Assembly (NCBI GenBank): GCA_002104905.1 | Contig: MCFE01000366.1 | Coordinates: 1 to 64,000, forward strand | Direction of reading: 5' to 3' | Source of the DNA: Basidiobolus meristosporus CBS 931.73 | Taxonomy: Eukaryota > Fungi > Basidiobolomycota | Length of the DNA: 64,000 bases | Shown here: piece after piece, positions 36,690-51,329 of the stretch | Numbering within the stretch: position 1 is the first letter of the stretch | How the letters are laid out: every line of letters starts with the position of its first letter | Notes under the pieces: generated by a model | Database searches by the model: none | What the model was told of the DNA's origin: nothing | What the model saw: only the letters and a program-made list of their open reading frames with translations | Position numbers and translations under genes: made by a program

Positions 36690-39366
36690 TGCTTGTGCAC
36701 CCAACCTAGCCTTGCATAGCTTAACTGGTCACCAACACATTGGGTTGCTTAGCTTCTTAATTCCATAGGCATAGTCGTCTCTAAGTAAATGTATGTTCTC
36801 AGTATTTTCTAACTCTTCCTGGCTGTCTTCCATGTGCTAATTCATCACATCCATGACAGACTTGAAGGTAATATTCTTGATGAGATTGGGATATGGTGGT
36901 ATCTGCAACTTGACTTTTCTTCCTAACTTCCCACACATCTGCTCCATAGGATATTCCCAAAAGGAGAAGGCAGGCCCAATATTCTCCACACATTGTGCAA
37001 GATGGAGTAGAGGATGGATACAGTAGAGGCAGAGATCTGTAATTCAGCTTTTCCTTTTGATATGGCTGGTCAATTACCATCACATGCTTATTGAATAGAA
37101 GCTGTAATTGTGTGAAGATTGCATTGGTAATTTGCTTTTGGATAAATATACCTACAATGTCCACATATAACTTCCAATGCTTCCATCTCATCCTGCCTGT
37201 CCTCCATTTACTAACTTATCACATATATGATAGATATGAAGGTAATATCTTTAATAAGACTGGAAAATGCTGGTACCTGCAATTTGACTAGTCCACCTAT
37301 TGGCCTTCACATCTACTCTATGGGAAACCCATACTAGGTGAAGCATGGACCCATATTCTCCACACATCTAGCCACATGGAGTAGTGAATGAATACTTTGG
37401 CAGTTGAGATCTTTGCATTCAGCTTTATGGTTATAGTATTGCTGCTCAAATCCTGTCACAAACACCTGGCCCAAAAGCTGTAGATGCAGCAAGTTGGTAT
37501 TGGTAGTCTGCTTCCTACAATTTCAGCACATGTCTCTTAATGCTTCAAATGTACTTTTGGTAGCAATGGCTTCAAAAAGTCAAGTCCTTGCATACATATT
37601 GTTTCATATGCATATGAATATTGATTGGAGCCTATGAGAAGAGCTTTGTGTAGCAGATATTCAGTAATACCATGTCAATTATTTCAAATTTCTCCAGCAT
37701 CCCAAAGGGCTCATTTTGGTTGAAATGCTCCATGTACAATTTGGTCATTAGTATAGGGGTATTGTCAAAAAAAAAATTCATTGCCCCTAGTAGAAAGCCT
37801 TTGCTCCAACAAATGCCCTCTATCTCAAGTATCTTTGGTATCCAGTTAACTCCATTTTCTGGCCAATGGCTTATAGCTTGCCAGCTTTGCAGCAATTGAA
37901 TGCTTACTTGGTTATGTTCTCTCTGTGGAAAGACAATTTTCTTAGTGTGGTTGTTTAGATAATAATAATATGTTTAATTTATGGATTTAATCCCCTGGAT
38001 TAGAAACTTTTGACAGTAATACTAGCCATTGTGTCCAGGAAAGCTAGCTATCTTGCTGAAGCCATTGGTATCACCAGTGCAGACAATGATATGCACTTTT
38101 ATGTTATGGTCATTGACCAGTATTCTTCTGGAAAGCACACAAAACTCATCCAGCAATGTATAGAGGTATCTATACTGCTATGATGGAGATTTAAGCCCAG
38201 ATACCAGTGAGACTATCATTAGATATCTTCTCTGACACTGTAAAATAGACAGCAAATGCAGGTGGATGAGGGTCAGCATCCTGCAGGATATGTTGGTGGA
38301 GTACTTTTTCAATGAGAATCTACCAGGTGCCAAGGTAAAGGCATTGCCAGACATAGCATTAAAGCAGCTCTTGCTTCATACTCTCTTGTAATGTTTGTCA
38401 ATGAATATATTGGAATTCTTTTCACCTGGTCAATACTGAATGTACTATTATATAGCTTCACAGTGCTTGTTGGACTGCATGAGCTTCTTTAAATGGGGTA
38501 TTACTGGAATATATTCAGAGTGTGAACATTGTTCCTCCTATTGTAGAGGACTGATGGCAAGTTGGACAACTTTCAATGGTGGCATTTTCTGATGTGAGTG
38601 CCATGCAACTGCTATCACAAGACAGTCTCAGGGTCATATGATGCCAGCCACATGATGGTTGTCCATTTGTACCTTGGACATGAAAAGCTGAATCCTGGTA
38701 AGCTTTTGGCAAGTAGTAGTAGTTAATCCTTAAAACCCCCATGTCTGGTATTAATGCAAACACTCCACTTCTCCAGCCATACCATCTTATCATTCACCAG
38801 TAAATGAATTACAGGGCTCACTTGGCTCCATAAAGAATTGCTGGTATTTTTTCCATGGGTGTAGTCTCAATACATGTTGGCACTCTTTTGGGCTCATGCA
38901 GGGTACTGTTGCAAGGAGCAATATGCTCACAATTTGTTGGTGGCCTTCTTCCTCAGAGCTATCACCCTGCTTACCATATTCAGAAGGCTGAGGTGAGTGC
39001 AATGATACCATAAGCTCACCTGACTCAATTTGTGCAATACAACAAGTACAGCAAGGTGCTATTAGAGATGTATCAAGCAGTTAGCAAAATACTGTTAGTA
39101 CAGTAGTGAGTGATGAGTGGTCAAATATGACTAGTGTTGAAAAACACTGGCATATATCCTTGTAATATATCCAATACTTTTTGAATGCTCAATGGATTAA
39201 AACCTGTTAAAATAGCCCCATTGACTTTTTTCTCTCATCTTACTTATTGAATCAAAGTAGTCATCTCCATAGGGCAAACAACTTAACCCTCAACAACATA
39301 ACATTATTATATCATTTTTTTGTCAATTCATATGTGAGTTCAATGCAGTCTTATATATGAGTCATC
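36690..39366 (-). mobile_element. Decayed CACTA-like copy F
   Basis: Co-linear with copies D and H, for example MRWKHWKLYVDIVGIFIQKQITNA and ESCPTCHQSSTIGG. Confidence 0.8.
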
Positions 39367-39850
39367 AGACTTGTTCTGTTAGATAGTGCTACATTGAGCC
39401 ATGAGTGTCAAATAGTGCCATTGCATGACAGAGAGGCATTACAGACCTAAACATGGCCACAGAGTGTGAAATATAGCACTTCATCTTCATGCAAAGCAGC
39501 CTATATGCTTCACCCATTTCACTGGTACCCTCTGGCACTATATTTAAATATTAGCCCCAAAGTAAGACCTATACAAAGCACTTATGGTGCTAGATGGTAC
39601 CAGTGGACCAAGATAGTGCCATGCATTAGTGTGACATGATACAAACCACAGGAGCTTGATTCAGAGTGCCATGGGTATAGAGTACCAGATGCATGTTGTC
39701 AATTCTTGTGTGCTCTTACCCATTGTGCACAACATTGATCCAAAAAAAAGGTCAAAAAATGGATTTTCTCCGGTACAATACGTGAAACACAAGGGCTGCT
39801 TTGCATTGAGATGAAGCACTATGTTTCACACACAAGGGCTGCTTTGCCTA
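39367..39850. mobile_element. Second, truncated copy of the AGACTT foldback MITE
   Basis: Starts AGACTTGTTCTGTTAGATAGTGC. It has the same spacer in reverse orientation, an internal deletion in the left arm and a truncated right arm. Confidence 0.88.
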
Positions 39851-39854
39851 TAGA

Positions 39855-41990
39855 TGAAGCATTGTAAGCATCTTGGAGATATTGCAAGTGATTTAGAGTG
39901 TACAGCATATGCCAAGAAATTGCCCAGATATCAGTCAAAATCTGAGCCAAAAAGTGTGAAATGCATACTTTTGGGCTACAGCCATCAGAGTAAAGCATAC
40001 AGACTCTACAATTCAAAAGCCAAGAAGCTAGACAAGTCAAGGAACATGTTGTTTGAGGAAAAATCAAAATACTTTGAAAAAATGACATTAGATGATTACA
40101 AAAATTCAATCTCAAGTCCACCAATTGTCAGAGTTGATCCACAGCAAAACAATGAGATTTTTTTATTCCAGTGGACTCTACAACCATGGTTCAGCCTGAA
40201 TCAGTGCCCAGGCATACCACAGAAATGATCATTCCAGTATCAAATGCCTGGAGATCCAACTGTACCAGAGACAGCCTAAATTATTATATCAATTATGGTA
40301 CAAACTGAGCCAATGCCTATTCAGTCCATATTAATGAGCCCTAGACTGTAAAAGAGGCCCTAAATAGCCCTTTGACAATTTTTGGAGATCTGCAATGACT
40401 GAGGAATATCAAGTCCCAGTGGCATCTCAGACTTGAGACTTAGTCAATTTACCACTCAGCAAAAAACCAATTGGAAGCAGATGGGTCTTTAAGACAAAAT
40501 AAAAGGCTGATGGTACAATTGAAAGATACTGAGCAAGACTTGTGGCCAAAGAATACTCTCAAACAAAAGGACTTGACTTTACAGAGACCTTAGCACTGTT
40601 ATCCAAGTTTAATTATATCAGATTGATGTTGGCTGTTGTAGCCAAATATAAGTATTTTAAACATCAAATGGATGTATAAGCTGCATTCTGAATGAATAAC
40701 TTGATGAGGATGTGTATTAGGACCTGTCTGTATGAATTTGTTGACCAAGATAACCCCCACTTGGTCTGCAAGCTTAAAAAATCTCTGTATGGTCTCAAAC
40801 AATCACCAACAGCCTGGATCTGTAAGGTAGACATGTGTTTGAAATCTTTGAGTTTCAAAAGGAGTAAAGCTGATTATAGTATATACAATAGCCAGATAGA
40901 GCAAATCCAATTCTATTAGCTCTATATGTGTATGATCTTATTATAGCTGCAAACAACCTCAACACATTGCAGGAGACTAAATCCATCCTATCTCAAGAGT
41001 TCAAGATGTCCAACATAGGAGAACTCAGTTACTACTTAGGGATAAAGTTCTCCATAGACTGAAGTACCTAGACTATCACCCCAAGCCAATCCAAGTATAC
41101 TCAAGATATACTAAAGAAGTATCAAATGGAAGACTGTAAACCAGCAGCTACCCCAATGGAGACAAACCTTAACTTGGTCAAAACGCAACCCAAATCAAGA
41201 GAGCTTAGTGCCATCTGAAAGCCCTAACTGTCCCTATCAGTCAATGGTTGGCAGTCTGACGTATATTATGCTTGGAGTACATCCAGATAGCTCATATTCA
41301 GTGGGAGCTGTCAGCCAGCATAATCAGAACTACGGATCTGATCATATTGCAGCAATTAAGCCAATTATTTAATACCTAAAGGGAACTGCTGTTATCTGCT
41401 TAGGATACTCTTGTAAGGACTCAGAACAGAATCTTGTGGGATACTCTGATGCTGCTTAGGGACCAAATTTGAAAGGCAGAAGATCCACCACAGGATGCAC
41501 CTTTCTTTACTGTCAAAGAGCAATTTCATGGAATTCAAGAAAGCAAACAACCAGAGCACTTTCCTTCACAAAGGCAGAGTATATGGCAGCCTGTAAGTTA
41601 CAAAAGCAACAATATGGTTAAGAAAGCTTTTTGCAGATTTAGGCTTATGTCAAAAAACTCCTATTCCTTTATTTCAAGAAAATCAAGGATGTGTACAGTT
41701 AGGTAGAAGTCCAAATTTTCATGCTAGATCTAGGCGCATAGATAATGGACATCATTTCATACATTAAGCAGTAGAGAATAACTTTGTTGGCTTAGTTTAC
41801 TGTGCTTCAGATAAAATGATACAGACATATTTACCAAGTCATTTGCTAGAGACAAGTCTGAATACCTTAGGTCAGAATTAGGATTAGTCAGTATTAACAT
41901 TTAGCTGAGTGCAAGTGATGTGAAAATTTGTAATTCCACCTATATATTCACGTAGCGTAGTTACCTAGATCATTAATTCTTCTGAAGCTA
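39855..41990 (+). mobile_element. Decayed Copia pol remnant (IN C-terminus, RT, RNase H) with the start of a 3' LTR near 41899
   Basis: KSVKCILLGYSHQSKAYRLY, VCKLKKSLYGLKQSP and RNase H remnants; frameshifts throughout. Confidence 0.85.
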
Positions 41991-42227
41991 TGTCTACCTG
42001 GAGTACATTGAAAGCATTAAGGGCATATGTTAGCACTGTAGGAAGTAGATTGCCAATGCCAATTTGCTGCATCTACCGCTTTAATTCCAGGAGTTTGTTG
42101 GAGGATTTGCGCAGCTATAAAAGAAGAATCAAGATCTCTGCTGACATTGTATCCATTCCCTAATCTATCTTACTTGGTGTATGGAAAATGCTGGGCCTTG
42201 TTTCACTTTTATGGGTTTTCTATGAAC

Positions 42228-45200
42228 CAACTAAAACTACATCCCAAGAAGTGCCATTTCCTGTATACAAAATTGTTCTTCCTGGGCCACAAGATCTTGG
42301 CAGATGGGATATACCCATCCACTTCATTCCTAAATGCCGCTCATGATACACCTGCACCAAAGGATATCAGTGCAGTGTTGGGATTCCTGGGATTAGCTGG
42401 CTACTCTTGCTGCTTTTTCAAAACTTTGTCACAATAGCAGCCCCCCTGTACAAACTGACATAAAAAGGTCAGTGTTTTGTGTGGTTGGAGCCTCAAAAGA
42501 GAGCTGTTGTGTTGTATTATGATTAGTTTGGGGCTTGTTCTACAATGTAGAGGCTAATCAACAATATACAACAACTTCCAGTATGTTAATACTGAAATAG
42601 TCTATTGGGAGTTTGATATACCAATAGAAGATATAACGTGCACTAATTTCCTCAATCTTAGGCTCAAAATATACTGTAGGCAGTGTTTATCACTTCTACA
42701 GCAGTGTTCTGACCTTCTGTCAACTAATGGGCTTATTTACTTTTATAGTAACTTTTCCTTATTTGGAGGTCACATTCCTTTCTGAGAAGATATTTCCTAA
42801 TATGGAAATTTTGAACTCCCCTTTAACCTAAAGGGGTGTGTTGTAGAAGTCTCTAAAGGGGTCTTTTGGCCTAAAGGGGCATCTAAAGGGGTGTCTTTAG
42901 AGTAAAGGGGCTTCTTGTAGTGGTCTCTAAAGTGGGCTTTACACTAAAGGGGTGTCTGAAGGAGTGTCTTTAGAGTAAAGGGGTTTCTTAGAGAGGACTT
43001 TTCCAACAGAAAAGTGGTAGTTTCTTGTAGATCTAGATTGGATTCTTGTGAGCTTTGTAGTCTCTTTAGTGATGTATTAGCAATCAAAGTCAGAATACTC
43101 AACAGTGCAAGTGATGCACGGGAAGTCTTACAACTGTTAAACTTGTAATTGTAGTGTGGAGATTCTGGAAAGAGAGGCTCTCTCTGTATTTTTTCAGCTG
43201 GGGAAGTCATATATATGAAAATCTTGCAGGATCAAAGTTTTTGGGCAATGCGCAAGCAATACACATGATACAAAGCTAAAATGCTGCAGTGGCGCAGATC
43301 GGACATAGGCTCAGCACCTGTGAAAATTTCACGTGTTTTAATTGGCTTGTTCAAAAGTTACATGCAATCAAAGTCACCATAGTAATCCTAGTAATAAGGC
43401 ATAGTATATATAATAATTGGACTCTTTTGGTCATAACTCCTTAGGTACTGTTTCAAATGAGCTGTCATTTGAAACATGTGTTGGCTACTATGTGTTCTGC
43501 ATGACATTATATTCTTAGGTGGATTGCTTCTCAGGGTCTGGAGCATTTGTTCTTCAGAGTTGGAAATTCTTGATCTTTCACTTGTGTGTTACAATAGCAA
43601 AAAGCAAAATAAAGAAATGAGTGCAATATTGGTTTAGAGATATTGTAGTAATGGAGTACTTTTCATTACCACAGAGCATTTGATCAGCTGAAACATTCCC
43701 TGACATCACCGCCAGTGTTACATTTTCTCAATTGAGATGCGAGATTTTTTATTAACTGTGATGGAAGTATCACCAGTATAGGCACCATACTGGGACAATA
43801 CTACCAGCCTGGTGAATCCCACCAGATTGGTTACATGAGCCATTTGCTAAACAAACACAAACATCACTACTCTGTTACCAAGATAGAATGTCTGGCTGTT
43901 ATTGATTCAATTAAGCAAATCCATACATACATATATACATGGTTGCCAATACATAATATTAATGGACCATAGCACACTGGTCTGGCTGATGAAAACCAAA
44001 GACTTTACTGGTTGACTAGCACATTGGACTGTCCAACTACAAGAATACAACTTCAAAATAATTCATTGCACTGGGAAGGAGCACCCAAACACAGGCTTCC
44101 TCAGTTGCTATCCTGTTTGCCAAGTACACATCAGCAATGACTACAAGGATGTTATCTGTGTCAAAAGAAGGGGGAGGTACCCCAAACATGTTGTTACAAA
44201 CAAGCAGAAGAGACACTCTTGAAGGAAATGGTGTCAGTACAAACCAGAAGAAAACCAAGTATGGTTCCTCCAAGGAGAATTCAGAGTCAAGGTACCCGCA
44301 GTGATTACCTGCAAAGAAATCATACAAGAAAGACATATGTCATTAGGACATGCTAACCTCCTAACAACACATGGTATGTCAAGAAAGACATTTTATTGGA
44401 AAAAAATGTTGACTGACATCACAAATATGTTAAAAAAATGCTCCACCTGCAAATGATTTAACAAGAGTCCAAAGATAGGGATAACAGCACCAATACTGGT
44501 TGGCCTACCCTTCCACTGGGTAGGGATTGACTTTGCTGGCCCCTTTATGAAAAAAAAGAAAGGAGAACAATATGTAATAGTTGCTACCAATTATTTCTCA
44601 AAGTGGGTAGAAGCCCAAGCCATTTGAAGTAAAGATCATAAGATAACCACCTGGTTCATTCTATAACACCTCATATTCCGGCACAGATATCCTCAAATAC
44701 ACCTGTCCAACAATGGTGGTTCCTACCTGAGCACACTGTGGCTCATTTGTGCAAAATGATGGGAATGAAACAGGTCTTCATAGCCATGTATCACCCCCAG
44801 ACTAACAGATTAACCAAGTGGATGAACCAGATGTGTTGCTGCATCCTAGAGAAGCTTCACTGAGAACTTCCCCAGTCATGGGCCAAGCTGCTCCAACTGA
44901 TGTTCCTGGTAATGCGTACAATACCAATTAAACAACAGGTTTCTCCCTGTACTAAGTTTTGTGTGGACAAAGGCCCAAGTGGCATGAAGAAGCTGAATTG
45001 ACAATGGAAGGTGTCCTCTTGACAACACAAAACAACTATATAGAAAGGTTGATACACTGTATTGCCCACCTATACATAAAAGTATTTAAAGTGTTGACAA
45101 GCACCTTCCCCCTCAACTCAAATATGAGATACTAACAGCACAAAAGTGGAAACCAGGCAATAAGGTGTGGTACAACAAAACTGTTGCAGGCCTCAAGTTT

Positions 45201-45368
45201 TGCCTGCAATTTACACCCCTATGGATTGGCCCTTACATCATTATTAGTTTGGACCATGGGCCAAAGTACACCATCACTCTGAACAATAAGACAATCAGCA
45301 ACATAGCACCAGCCCATCTGAAACTGTTTTATGATGACTCATCAATCATCACTGAAACCAAAGTGTGA
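42228..45368 (+). mobile_element. Decayed non-chromoviral Gypsy pol remnant (RT end, RNase H, integrase), interrupted by a solo LTR; preceded by a small CACTA fragment (~41990-42228)
   Basis: LKLHPKKCHFLYTKLFFLGH, FLGLAGY, VGIDFAGPF...ATNYFSKWVEA, YHPQTN, PLWIGPYII; stop at 45366-45368. Confidence 0.85.
42505..43673. mobile_element. Solo LTR (1169 bp), same family as 8431-9618, 4-bp TSD
   Basis: TGTTGTG...TTACCACA flanked by GAGC/GAGC. Confidence 0.93.
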
Positions 45369-45399
45369 TTAAATAATTATCAGGACAAGGATAGAGGAA

Positions 45400-46670
45400 G
45401 ACACAGGATACACACAAAGTTTATTAGAGTAGATTTTGGCCAATATATGTACAAATGATATGTGCAAGGAAGTTTGCCCAAAAGGGAGAGCAAAAGAATG
45501 CATATGGAAAGTGCCAAAGGAAACAGCTCACCCAAAACTGGTGATACCCCTCCCACCAGCAAGAATCAAGATGATATCAAAAATAAGACCAACCTGCTAA
45601 GTATTAAGAGATATGGTATAAGCTTTGCATGCAACAAGAGTCACTTATGAAGAGTTCTTTGCCAGAGCAGTCATGCTGATACAAGACACAATCAGAGAGG
45701 GACAACATAAGTTACACACACCAATACAAAGTATGGAGACACTACCTAAGAAGAACGTGTACCACCTGAGAGGAGGCTCCTTGATCATTAAGGAGAAGGT
45801 CACCGCACTGCTTTGCATATCCATACTGGACACAGTCAGACAGAAGACACAAGGAATCAACTGCTGCACCCTCACAAGGCCTTGAGAGCCCCCCTGTTTT
45901 GTTGCATACTTGCCATTAATGGGTACCATGGTTGTTGAGGTATGCACATACCTGGCACAAGCCACAGGAGCACCTGAAGTAGAACTCCTGATCAAAGAAC
46001 TCCTCCACAAAATTTGCAAACATCTTGAACCGCATTTTCAAGAAGGAATCATCCTAGAGAAGATACCCAAATGGATTAAATACACTGGCCAGTGTAACCC
46101 ATGCAATCTGCCAAGTTGCCATGTTACAACTATCACAGTGGTTTACCATAGGACCACTTGGGAACCAGTACAAAGTTCAACCGCAAGAAGCCAAAGAAAC
46201 TGCTGCAGACTCTGTAGAAACCATGGGGCAAGTGCATAAGTGCCTCAATTGCGCCACAGTCTCCACAGAAGAACTACAATATATCTTGAAAGAAGCAAAA
46301 ACTTGTTATTGACAACAGGTGACTGCCAACCAAGTGTACACCCTCTTCAGAGGGCCCCTGCTGTAATGATGGACACATCAAGGACAGGCCCTGACAACAT
46401 TTGCAAGATAGAGAAGTAAGACTTTATTGCATTATTGCACCTCTTCTTGTTCCCCAACCCCCCAAGGAACTTACCCAGAACCTTATGGTTTGTCAACTGT
46501 TTGTCTCTGTGGATAACATCCCTCAAGCAACACAAGCTGCACCCCACTCTGCCACCAAATGGTATCAGATACTTGCCTGTGACCCCCTTGCAAGTGACAT
46601 CCAGCAATGGTACTATGGTGACTCCCCATGCTCTGTAAACAAAAATGACCCTAGAGAAGTAAGTTAGTCA
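45400..46670 (+). pseudogene. Decayed ORF of unknown function immediately downstream of the Gypsy integrase stop
   Basis: ORFs 45625-45885 and 45910-46239 are in one frame separated by a single TGA; further sense-strand fragments run to 46667. Confidence 0.45.
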
Positions 46671-46710
46671 AAGAACTTTTAGGACAAAGCTCACTCTTAA
46701 CCGCCAGGAT

Positions 46711-47340
46711 ATGTGTGTACTAAATGTAGCTCCCACTTTTTGCCCAAGAGCTCTCCCCAGTCACCTACCCACAGTCCCCCAGTATCCTCCCTATGAATCC
46801 CTCACACATCCTCCCTTCTATTCCTGCCCTTGTCTAGTTAGAGCACTAACCATAACAGGAAGGTGTTCACATCCCCACTTTATAACACATTGTTTATTAT
46901 CTAAGCCCTCCAAGTGACCTATATATCTAACTGAACCAAGTGAGAAGACAACAAGATTTGGACAGAATAAACACAAGTCTTTATTACCTTGCTACCTTCT
47001 ATTGGAAGCTATTCTGAACCAAGTGGTACTGACCTGACCTACAAGCTCTCCCATTCACCCAGTACAGTCAGTAATAACCCACATGGCAATGCAAAATTAA
47101 GAGTTCAATCTTTCCATTGTATTTTTTACCCAAGCCTAGCATATCTAGCACTCTCAGGAATACCATGCCTAGCCTTTGTAGTGAAGCAACTCCTTTGCCT
47201 TTATAGTCAAGCCCAGCTTTATCCATGACCAATATCAGACCAGAGCCTTTCTGCCAATATTTCCACCACTTGTTGATAATTTTAAGATTTTGAGCTTATT
47301 TGTCCCTTTAGTTCAGCTTACACTTTCTTTTGGATAAAAC
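46711..47340 (+). repeat. Diverged LTR related to the chromovirus LTR (2839-3535)
   Basis: 47120-47340 matches the reverse complement of 2839-3080 (CCAAGCCTAG...CTAGCACTC; CTTACACTTTC...GGATA). No TSD found. Confidence 0.7.
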
Positions 47341-47449
47341 TCTCCTTTGTTACCCCTGTTCATGACATAAAGAGTTGGCTTCACCAGAGAGATCAACAAT
47401 GGTAGGCACACTGGAGACACTTATGAAATGGAGAATATACGTAGAACTG

Positions 47450-50400
47450 TATTGCTGTAGAATGGAAGTACCCCCCCATAAAAATAATTTGGTCCTGCAT
47501 GTGGATCCAATCCATATCACCCATCAGGATCCTGTTTAGAGACTGTCATAATACCAGCAGCTTGGAATTAGTGACCCTCTTGACAATCTTATGATAGGAT
47601 CATGACGGTGTTTGCTAACTTTACTACCAAATAAAGGGATAAAACTTGACAAGATTTGATTGGTGTTGTGACAATAATTGCATGGTATTGTTGCAGTCTT
47701 TTTGCATTCTACAACACTTTTATGTGTATGCAACCAGCCAAAACATCCAATTGCCTTATATGGCAAGAAACTTGAAGGTATTTTGATGGTCTTGCAGCAA
47801 GACTCTGATGGCAATACATTGGCAGTGTGACAGCCTACAGCTGGTTCTGTATAATACTACCATACCAACTTACTAAATGGCATTTCCGTTTTCTACCTCC
47901 CGTTGTGCAATTCATATATTCCACTGTAGAATCACCTTTCTTTATTTGCTTACCCACTACTACCTTGGGTATTCCATATATAGTTTGAATCAAAAGAAAC
48001 TACGGCCTCCCACTTACCAACCTCTATAAACACACACACCTGCCGTAATTGACATACTTCCAATTGCCTTATATGGCAAGAAACTTGACGGTATTTTGAA
48101 GGCCTCACAGTAAGACTCTGATGGTTTTTTCTTGGCAGTATGACCGCCTGCTACTGGTTCTGTATAATACTACCATACCAATTTACCAAATGGTATTTCC
48201 TTTTTCTACCTCCTGTTGTGCAATTCATATATTCCACTGTAGAATCACCCCTCTTTATTTGCTTACCTACTACTACCTTGGGTATTCCACATATAGCTCA
48301 AATCAAAAGAACTATGGCCTCCTGCTTACTAACCTCTACAATCACGCACACCTGCCACCATTGATGTACTTCTATCACCTCAACTTTTCAGCTTTTTAGT
48401 GTGGTACTTGCAAAGTTGCCTTATACCTTGTATTGCTGGTAAAATATACATCTTGCAAACGTATGCTTGGTTGTTGCCACTTCTGCCATTAATACCTCCT
48501 GAATATCTGCAAAGAACTTCTGGGTATTTAGCCAATATATTCAAACAGTATATTTCTTCTCCCTGTTGAATTCTAGTCCCCCTTGTAGGTGCACTCTGGC
48601 TTTTGTTTGTGTGAATTCCGCATTGAATTGCGTAGAAGTTGGCTTGTGACCAAGAGAAATCTGGCATACTACAGTAGAATTTTCCTAATAGAGTTAGTTG
48701 CTTATTGCACTTAACCCAACTCTGCATTACTTAACTGATTACCCACGCATTGGGGCTGCTTAGCTTCTTAATGCCATAGGCATAGGTGTCTCCATGTGCA
48801 CATTTGTCCTCAGTATTTTCCAACTCTTTCTGGCTGTTCTCCATATGCTAACTCATCACATTCATGACAAACTTGAAGATAATATTCTAGATGATATTAG
48901 GATTTGGTATTACCTACAACTTGACTTGTCTTCCTATCTCCCCACACATCTGCTCCATAGGAAACTCACAAAAGGTGAGGCAAGGCCCAATATTCTCCAC
49001 ACACCAAGCAAGATGGAGTTGAGAATGAATACAGTAGCAGCAGAGATCTACACATGAAGCTTTATGTTTGTAGTATAGCCACTTAAATCCTGTTACAAAC
49101 AAATATTTCTACAAAGTCCATATATGACTCCCAATGCTTCCAATGTACTCTTGGTAGGAATGCCTTCAGAATGCCACATGAACAAATACATATCCAGTTC
49201 ATCCAGTCTTTGCATTAGTATTGTTTTATATGCATATAATTATTAATTGGAGCCCATGAGAAATACTTGGGCTAGCAGATACTGTGTAATATCTTGCCAA
49301 TTCTTTCAAATTTCTCTGGTATCTCAAAGGGCTCATTTAGCTTGAAATGCCCCATGTACAACTTGGTCATCAGTATAGGGATATTGTTGAAAAGTAAATG
49401 CATTGCTCACAGTGGAAAGCTTTTGCTCCAACAGATACCCACTGTCTTAAGTATTGCTGGTTTCCAATTGATTCCATATTCTGGCCAATGGCTTACAGCT
49501 TGCCAACTCTGCTGCAATTGCATGCTGACTTCTGTTTGTTCCCTCTGTTGAAAGATGATGTTCTTAGTGCTGATGTTTGGGTAATGATATTCTGTGTGAG
49601 TTATAGAGTAAATCCCCTGGATCTCACATGTTTGACAGCAATACTGTCCATTGTGCCCAGAAAAACCTGCTATCTTGCAGATGGCTTGGGTATCTTGCAT
49701 GCAGATAATAATATATGCTTTTACATGATGGCCATTTACTGTTATCCTGCTGAATGAATACAAAATTCATCCTGCAATGGATACAGGTAGCTATTCAGGT
49801 TGGACAGTGATTTAGGCCCAGATACCAGTGAGACAACCATCAGATTATTGCTCTGATACTGTAAGATGGGCGGCAGTTTCAGATTGATGAGAATTAGTGG
49901 CTAGCAGGATTTGCTGGTAGAGTACCTGATTAATGAGAATCCATCAAGTGCTTAGGCAAAGGCACGGTCTTATATACCTTTAAAGGAGCCCTTGCTTCTT
50001 AGCTGTTTGCAATGTTTGCCATCAAGTATATTGGATATGTTTGCGCTTGATTGATACTGAGTGTGGTACTGTATAGCTTTGTAATATTTGTTAGACTGTT
50101 TCAGCTTCCTCAGACAGGGTATTACTGGAATACATCTGGAGTGTGTACAATGTTTTCCCTCAATGATGGTGGATTACTGACAACATGGTCACATGGCAAT
50201 GGTAGTATTATCAGATGTGAATGCCATGCTACTGTTAACACATGCCGGAATCTGGACAGTGTCTGGATCATATGTTGCCAGCCACATGATGGTTGTCCAA
50301 TTGTACCATGTACATGATAAGTTGCATCCTGGTATGATTTTGGCAAGAGGTAGTAATAAATCCTCAAAGCCCCTATTACTGATATCAGTGGAAATGTGCC

Positions 50401-51310
50401 ACCTCTCTAGCCACAGCATTACACCATTCACCAGTAGATGTATTACAGGGCTCACTTGGCTCCATAAGATATCCTTGGCATTTGTTTCAATGGGTGTTGT
50501 CTCATTGCATATAGGGACTTGACCAGGCTCATATGTGGCACTGTTGTTAGGGGAGATAGGCTCAAAATCCATCAGTGAACCTTCTTTGTCAGAGCTATCA
50601 CTCTACATGCCATACTCAGATGGCTGAGGTGAGCCTAAAGGTGTCACAAGCTCATCTGACTCAGTTTACACAAGGTGGCAAAGACAGCCAGGTGTCAATA
50701 TAGAAGTATCAACTGGCCAGCAAGATAATGTTGGTACAGTAGTGAATGATGAATGGTCAAATATAATTTGGGTGGCAAAACACTGGCTGTGATCCTTGTA
50801 ATTCTTCCTATGCTGTCTGCTTACTTCATGGCTGAGAGGCTTGCAACAATAGCCACATGGTCTTTTTTTCTCTCCTCTTACGGTGTTGAGTCAAAGTAGT
50901 CTTGTCCATGGGGCAAACAGCTTGACCTTCAACAATGTAATGCTATTATATCACTTTTTGGTCAATACTCATGTGAATTTAATACAGAGTTGTATTTGAG
51001 ACATCACACCTACATGAATGTAAGATTCAATGATGACCTGCCATAGTAAGCACTATAAATAAAGATGTGGTGCCTCATACACATGTATATGTAACACTAT
51101 TTCCCCTTTGGTCTGACTCACCTCCATATATATGCCACCAAAATATAAAGCAAAGTTGTCTGGTTCCCAACCAAACCCCACTGCTGATTGCAGCTGAAGA
51201 ACAGTTGGACAACAGCTTGCTTTGGCATTCAATGCAATAAGTGGGGCTACATCCATAAAAGGCCATGTTAGCAGTGTGCCCATTGAGGGTAATAATGCAA
51301 ACTCCTCAGG
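47450..51310 (-). mobile_element. Decayed CACTA-like copy H, the most complete copy, with a 313-bp internal tandem duplication
   Basis: ORFs 50189-50572, 49407-49763 and 48914-49102 carry the same motifs as copy D; duplication units start at 47748 and 48061. Confidence 0.85.
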
Positions 51311-51329
51311 CTTTCAGTTAAGTAGGCAA

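Noticed and set aside
46711-47340. This LTR as the 3' LTR of the 42.2-45.4 kb Gypsy
   Set aside because: It resembles the chromovirus LTR family and has no clear PPT in front, so the link is unsupported.
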